Both the position numbers and the translations under genes were made by a program. A stretch of DNA of 64,000 bases, from the NCBI GenBank assembly GCA_963732385.1, contig CAVSZB010000003.1, positions 192,001 to 256,000 of the forward strand, in the 5' to 3' direction. The notes below the pieces were generated by a model. It did no database searches, was not told the origin of the DNA, and worked only from the letters and a program-made list of their open reading frames with translations. The stretch is from an uncultured bacterium. GTDB lineage: Bacteria > Krumholzibacteriota > Krumholzibacteriia > LZORAL124-64-63. Shown here in pieces: positions 59,876 to 64,000 of the stretch (the first letter of the stretch is position 1; every line of letters begins with the position of its first letter).

Positions 59876-59987
59876 GGGAGGCCCGCACCTGGCCCGAAGC
59901 GGTCTCGCCAGCAACATCGCGTTTGTCGTTTACCAGGCGCAATTCCAGGCGTATTGTCCATGCCTGGCACGTGCCGGAGGTGCAAAC

Positions 59988-60242
59988 TTGGCGTTGGTAA
60001 AGAAGCTTGTTGAGTCCGACAGGGAACGCTTCGCTGTTCACGATGAAGTCGAGGCGACCTACAGCGTGTTCGTGGACGACGGGGGAAGTCCGGTCCTACA
60101 AATCGATACGTTTGGGTCAACAAGCCGAAAACTGCCAGGAAAGGTGAGTCAAAGCGTACAATTTGACGCCGCAACCCTGGTAGTGCTTCGCGACATCATC
60201 GCACACGCGCTTGATAAGGCGGGCCGCAAGCTCCCTGAGTGA
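59988..60242 (+). CDS. Small hypothetical protein (84 aa)
   Basis: GGAGG RBS before TTG; compact globular-looking sequence containing LQIDTFGS...PGKVSQSVQFD. Confidence 0.65.
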   Translation: MALVKKLVESDRERFAVHDEVEATYSVFVDDGGSPVLQIDTFGSTSRKLPGKVSQSVQFDAATLVVLRDIIAHALDKAGRKLPE

Positions 60243-60406
60243 TGGCTTGAACCGCGGAAGGAGCGCGAGGAGTCAGCCTCGCCGCATTATCCCCGCGCTC
60301 ACGAAGATCGCACGCGTTCTTGGCGGAATGTCCCATGACAACCGCAGGCAATAGCTCTGGCCTGGAAAGACCTATCCAGACAAACGCCAAAATACGGAGG
60401 CCATTC

Positions 60407-60757
60407 ATGCGAGCGTGGGCGCTGATTGTTACTGCCACGATCTTGTGCGGATGCAATGTATCCAATCTCGGCGACCGCGTGGTCATGGACCAGCTGCTAG
60501 TGCTCAAAGATGGCGAGTCTAACATCTTCAAGCTAAGTCCTGGCTCCTATCGGCTTGAGCTGACCGCCAGCAACGATGGCGCCTCTGTCGAGTGGATCGG
60601 CGGAGAATGCCAGCCCATCCCACAAACCAAGTCAATGACAAGCCATTGTCGCCTTTCGAAAACAGGCCAACTCATCATTTCGAATCCAACCGCGCTCGGC
60701 CTAGGTGCCTCAACAAGCTGCACCGTCAAGGTGACGAAGCTCGGTCGCGATCTTTGA
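60407..60757 (+). CDS. Small hypothetical lipoprotein
   Basis: GGAGG RBS; MRAWALIVTATILCGC lipobox. Confidence 0.65.
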   Translation: MRAWALIVTATILCGCNVSNLGDRVVMDQLLVLKDGESNIFKLSPGSYRLELTASNDGASVEWIGGECQPIPQTKSMTSHCRLSKTGQLIISNPTALGLGASTSCTVKVTKLGRDL

Positions 60758-60764
60758 GCGCCAC

Positions 60765-61090
60765 GGGCAGTTCAACTTGGACCGGGATTACAACCTCAAT
60801 TTGAACCAGGAAATCCCTGGCGCCCAAGGTGGCTTGGTCATCTACATTTTTCGCCCAGCCAACGGCCTTCACGCCGAGCCCAAGAGACATCGGTTCAGCG
60901 AATTGGACAAGCGCGGACGAGGCCTTCCCTTACGTGACCCCGGGCGGGAGCAGTCTGTTGTTTCCGACGGAACTCAGGCATCTGGATGGCCCACGATTCG
61001 CGTCACAGAGAGCCCCTGGACTTGTTCCGGCGCCGGGAGCAGTCCGCCCTGCTGCCGCTGCCTGACGCCCCCTACGATCTGTGTATGGCG
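60765..61090 (+). pseudogene. Decayed copy of the PD40 3' end of the upstream ankyrin/PD40 gene
   Basis: Colinear with ~59470-59800 (GQFNLDRDYNL vs WQFGLDRDHNV; ADEAFPYVTPGG vs ADEAFPYITPDG), with frameshifts. Confidence 0.75.
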
Positions 61091-61337
61091 CCAGGCGAAG
61101 CTACTGTAGCGCTCAGGAACTGCTCCGCGGGGGCAGTGTGCCCTCCCTGGCGGCGGGATGCCGCCTCCCTGGCCCACAGACTGGACAGACGCCGAACAGA
61201 ACGGCTGCATCTTATTTCTCTGCAAGGTGATAGCCGACGCATTGACCGGGCGGACCGTCCCGAGTATCTTGCAGGCCTGAGACGGCAAGAACCCAATGTC
61301 GGCTGGTTGCTTCCTCTGCAAGCGAGGACCACTAGGG

Positions 61338-62249
61338 ATGACAGTCGCTCAAGATATCGTCAAATCGCGGGAACACGAGATGTTGGTCTATTTGGGCTCC
61401 ATGGAGGCGATGTACGACAACGCATTCCTCCAAAACGTTGAAATATATGACCTTGCGGCTGGTCTGACGGACGATTTTCGGAGCATCACTGCGGATGCGG
61501 TTCTTGCTGATTCTAGGATCATCAGGGTATTGCGCTACGCGATTGCTCCATCGATCAGCCAGATGAAATTTGGGCAATTCTTCGGGATTAGTTCTATCGA
61601 TCGATTCGAAAACCAGAAAGTTGCCAACCCAACGGCCAAACACCGGGAGCTTCAAGCGATTGCACCACGGATAGCGACGTTTGTGACCGAGCATTTGGAC
61701 AAGTCCAGATTCCTATGGCTGGAGGAAGAATTGGAGGAGGGCCTTCGTGGCTTGGCGCGTGATTACGCTCGGAAGTGGACGTGTTCCATTGCGGCGGATC
61801 AAAACGCTCAGACACGTTATCGTAATTGGAGGAAGGATCAGCAGGAACACGCGATTGCTGGTGCGCTGATCGACTTGGAATATACTCGGTCTTTATTCCG
61901 CGGGTTGTTGAGCAATTCCACCGATATCGCGATCGGAGAGTTTGCTCAAGAGACGCGAATCCAAGGCCGGACGCGGCAAAAGGCGGATCTTGTGGTCCGA
62001 GCCAAAGTAAGCAAGAAGATCGTTCTGATCGAAGCCAAGGCCGTCGGCGTCGAGATCGATTCTACAAAGAGAATCAAGGAATGTTGCGACAAAGCAAGCG
62101 ATTGGAAGTCGTGCGCTGCCTTGGGTAATCCGATCGTCGTTGCGATCATCGGCGGCTTCTTCACCGAAATTGGGATTCGTAGCCTGGAGGCTTCGGGGAT
62201 CACGGTCATTTGGGAGCATAGGCTGAGCGACCTTGAGAGGATTCTATAG
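61338..62249 (+). CDS. Putative type II restriction endonuclease, XamI-like
   Basis: PD-(D/E)xK core KADLVVR...LIEAK; LRYAIAPSIS, DSTKRI...KASDW and VIWEHRLSDL recall the RE_XamI family; adjacent to a methyltransferase. Confidence 0.72.
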   Translation: MTVAQDIVKSREHEMLVYLGSMEAMYDNAFLQNVEIYDLAAGLTDDFRSITADAVLADSRIIRVLRYAIAPSISQMKFGQFFGISSIDRFENQKVANPTAKHRELQAIAPRIATFVTEHLDKSRFLWLEEELEEGLRGLARDYARKWTCSIAADQNAQTRYRNWRKDQQEHAIAGALIDLEYTRSLFRGLLSNSTDIAIGEFAQETRIQGRTRQKADLVVRAKVSKKIVLIEAKAVGVEIDSTKRIKECCDKASDWKSCAALGNPIVVAIIGGFFTEIGIRSLEASGITVIWEHRLSDLERIL

Positions 62250-63418
62250 TGGAGAGTCGAAACTATGTAAGCCTCTTCTCCGGTGCTGGAGGCTTAGATA
62301 TTGGTCTTGAGCAAGCCGGTCTAAAGGCTGTTTCTCAATGCGAGATCGATCCGGTGTTCTGCGGCACGCTCGCCGCGAATCAGGGATTTACGAAGGAAGA
62401 TGGGCGCCGGTACTTCGTCGGCACGCAGTTGTTGAATTCAGACATTCGGGAAATAGGGGGAGGGGACCTGTGTCGGGGCGAGCGCGTCGATGTGGTAGTT
62501 GGTGGTCCGCCATGCCAGGCCTTCTCGAGTGCGGGCAGGCAATTGAGTGTTCTCGACCCTCGGGGTCTTCTCGTTAACGAGTTCGTTAGGATCGTCGATG
62601 AAATCCGCCCCAAGGTGTTTCTCTTGGAGAACGTGCGAGGGCTTGTGACTGCGCGCGACTCAAACGGAGAGCCTGGCGGAGTCCTCCACGGACTTCTCGA
62701 TCGATTCTGGCGGCATGGATACAGTTGCAGGGCGACTCTGCTCAATTCTGCAGATTACGGTTCATGTCAAAGACGGGTGCGGTGCTTCATTCTTGGGACC
62801 TCGGCAGGACGGGCTCCCGTTTTCCCCGAGCCCAGCCACCAGAGACAATCCGGCTTGATTCATCGTCGATGGAACACGTTGGCCGATTTCCTGCGAATGT
62901 ATGCCGATGCCAACGAAGCCAATTACACATATCCGACCGAGTCTTTGGCGAGTCAGTTGCGTGTACTTCCGGACGGAGCAGGGCTGAAGAGTGTAGGTAG
63001 GGCCGAAGCGACTCGGCCAGGCGGTCACTGGGGCTACAGGCAGGGCACGTTCATTGCCGACCTGACGTTACCAGCGCGAACGGTAACGGGATCTGCAAGT
63101 CAGGACTGGGTGCGGTGGAACGGCGCACTGCGTCGGCTGACACTTCGAGAGGTCATGATGCTTCAGGGGTTTCCGGTCGATTGGGACGTGCGAGGGACTA
63201 AGGCCCAGCAGTACAAGCAGATTGGCAATGCCGTCCCAACTGTGTTTGGCAGGGTTCTGGGGGAGCATATTCAGGTGATCCTCAATGATTTCCCGACGAC
63301 CAAAGCTGAAAAGATCGAAATGCCGAATACCCTTCAAGGCTACATTGCCTACACAAAGAAGGACGAGGCGCGAAACGGTGATTCGCGAGTTGTGCATAAA
63401 AGGTTTGCGAAGGCCTGA
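62249..63418 (+). CDS. DNA cytosine-5 methyltransferase
   Basis: Motif I LFSGAGG, IV GGPPCQAFS, VI LENV, VIII QRRVR, IX-X RRLTLREVMMLQGFP...YKQIGNAVP. Confidence 0.96.
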   Translation: MESRNYVSLFSGAGGLDIGLEQAGLKAVSQCEIDPVFCGTLAANQGFTKEDGRRYFVGTQLLNSDIREIGGGDLCRGERVDVVVGGPPCQAFSSAGRQLSVLDPRGLLVNEFVRIVDEIRPKVFLLENVRGLVTARDSNGEPGGVLHGLLDRFWRHGYSCRATLLNSADYGSCQRRVRCFILGTSAGRAPVFPEPSHQRQSGLIHRRWNTLADFLRMYADANEANYTYPTESLASQLRVLPDGAGLKSVGRAEATRPGGHWGYRQGTFIADLTLPARTVTGSASQDWVRWNGALRRLTLREVMMLQGFPVDWDVRGTKAQQYKQIGNAVPTVFGRVLGEHIQVILNDFPTTKAEKIEMPNTLQGYIAYTKKDEARNGDSRVVHKRFAKA

Positions 63419-63562
63419 AGGGACGCGAAGCGCGTAGCTGGGAGGGATTGCAACGCATATCTCAACAGCGCGCCGGAATGGCCTTCAGCAGGCTGTTCAT
63501 TAGCCGCGGGTTTGCCCCGTACGGTTTCTTCGGCCGCGGGGCTATCACGGATGCCCGGTAGT

Positions 63563-64000
63563 CTACGCTCGCGGCGAGGCCTTCTTCGCCTCCTTCCACG
63601 CCCCCCGAATGATCACCATCGACGCATCGTCAGGATCCTCGCATCCGCAGGATTCGACCAGAGCGCGGTTGTGCCAGAGGCCGAAGGCATTGCGGATGCC
63701 GGTGCCCCAGCCGTGGTGGTACATGATCAGATCCTCCTCGGCGATCGCGGCCAGTGACGCGAGGTCGTCCGGCGACATGCCCTTCAGGAGGATCGCGACA
63801 GCCTCGTCCAGCGTGTCTGGCATCGGGAAATCGTCGTGAGGCGACAGGGGGTCTTCCGGATCGTAGTCAGGAATCAAGCCTGACAGCCATTCGTGGCAGT
63901 CGTCGATGGTCGGGAAGCGGCCTTGGAGGACGACCTCGCCGGAGATGATCACGGCCGGCAGCGCGCGGACGCCGAGCTCATCCAGGTGGGGCTGATTCGG
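63563..64000 (-). CDS. Thioredoxin-like segment fused to a DUF6794-like domain (5' truncated by window)
   Basis: Frame is open to the window edge: ELGVRALPAVIISGEVVLQGRFP, then PDTLDEAV...HHGWGTGIRNAFGLW...DPDDASMVII. Confidence 0.65.
   Translation of the reverse strand, partial: PNQPHLDELGVRALPAVIISGEVVLQGRFPTIDDCHEWLSGLIPDYDPEDPLSPHDDFPMPDTLDEAVAILLKGMSPDDLASLAAIAEEDLIMYHHGWGTGIRNAFGLWHNRALVESCGCEDPDDASMVIIRGAWKEAKKASPRA

Overview
GC-rich bacterial window. Three secreted proteins carry a C-terminal FlgD-Ig/T9SS-type sorting domain, which suggests an FCB-group anaerobe such as Krumholzibacteriota, Latescibacterota or Eisenbacteria (inference). In order it holds: the 3' end of an IS110-family element with a structured non-coding end, inserted at the stop codon of the first of two tandem ~3.97-kb duplicated large secreted-protein genes; an ABC exporter; an AGCS amino-acid symporter; three lipoproteins, two of them paralogues with conserved promoters and leaders; a 4Fe-4S/HMA trio; a 10-gene catabolic operon (FdrA/AllF, DUF1116/AllG, cyclase, GNAT, Cys-less thiolase, DUF35, DUF2877/AllH, three-subunit Mo-hydroxylase); a Rex-box-preceded HydC, HydB::GltD-like and HydA [FeFe]-hydrogenase operon followed by a sensory hydrogenase-histidine kinase phosphorelay; a NERD-helicase; an AbiEi::MNT-like fusion; TldD with a Tat signal plus TldE; a CHASE4 hybrid kinase; an MFS transporter; an AbiE toxin-antitoxin pair with paired operators; an ankyrin/PD40 protein; and a XamI-like REase with a C5 methyltransferase. 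A ~32-bp palindrome-cored intergenic repeat recurs eight times. Four single-base insertions break three otherwise intact genes and are probably sequencing errors. No rRNA, tRNA or CRISPR array was seen. All family calls are from motif recognition by eye; no searches were run.
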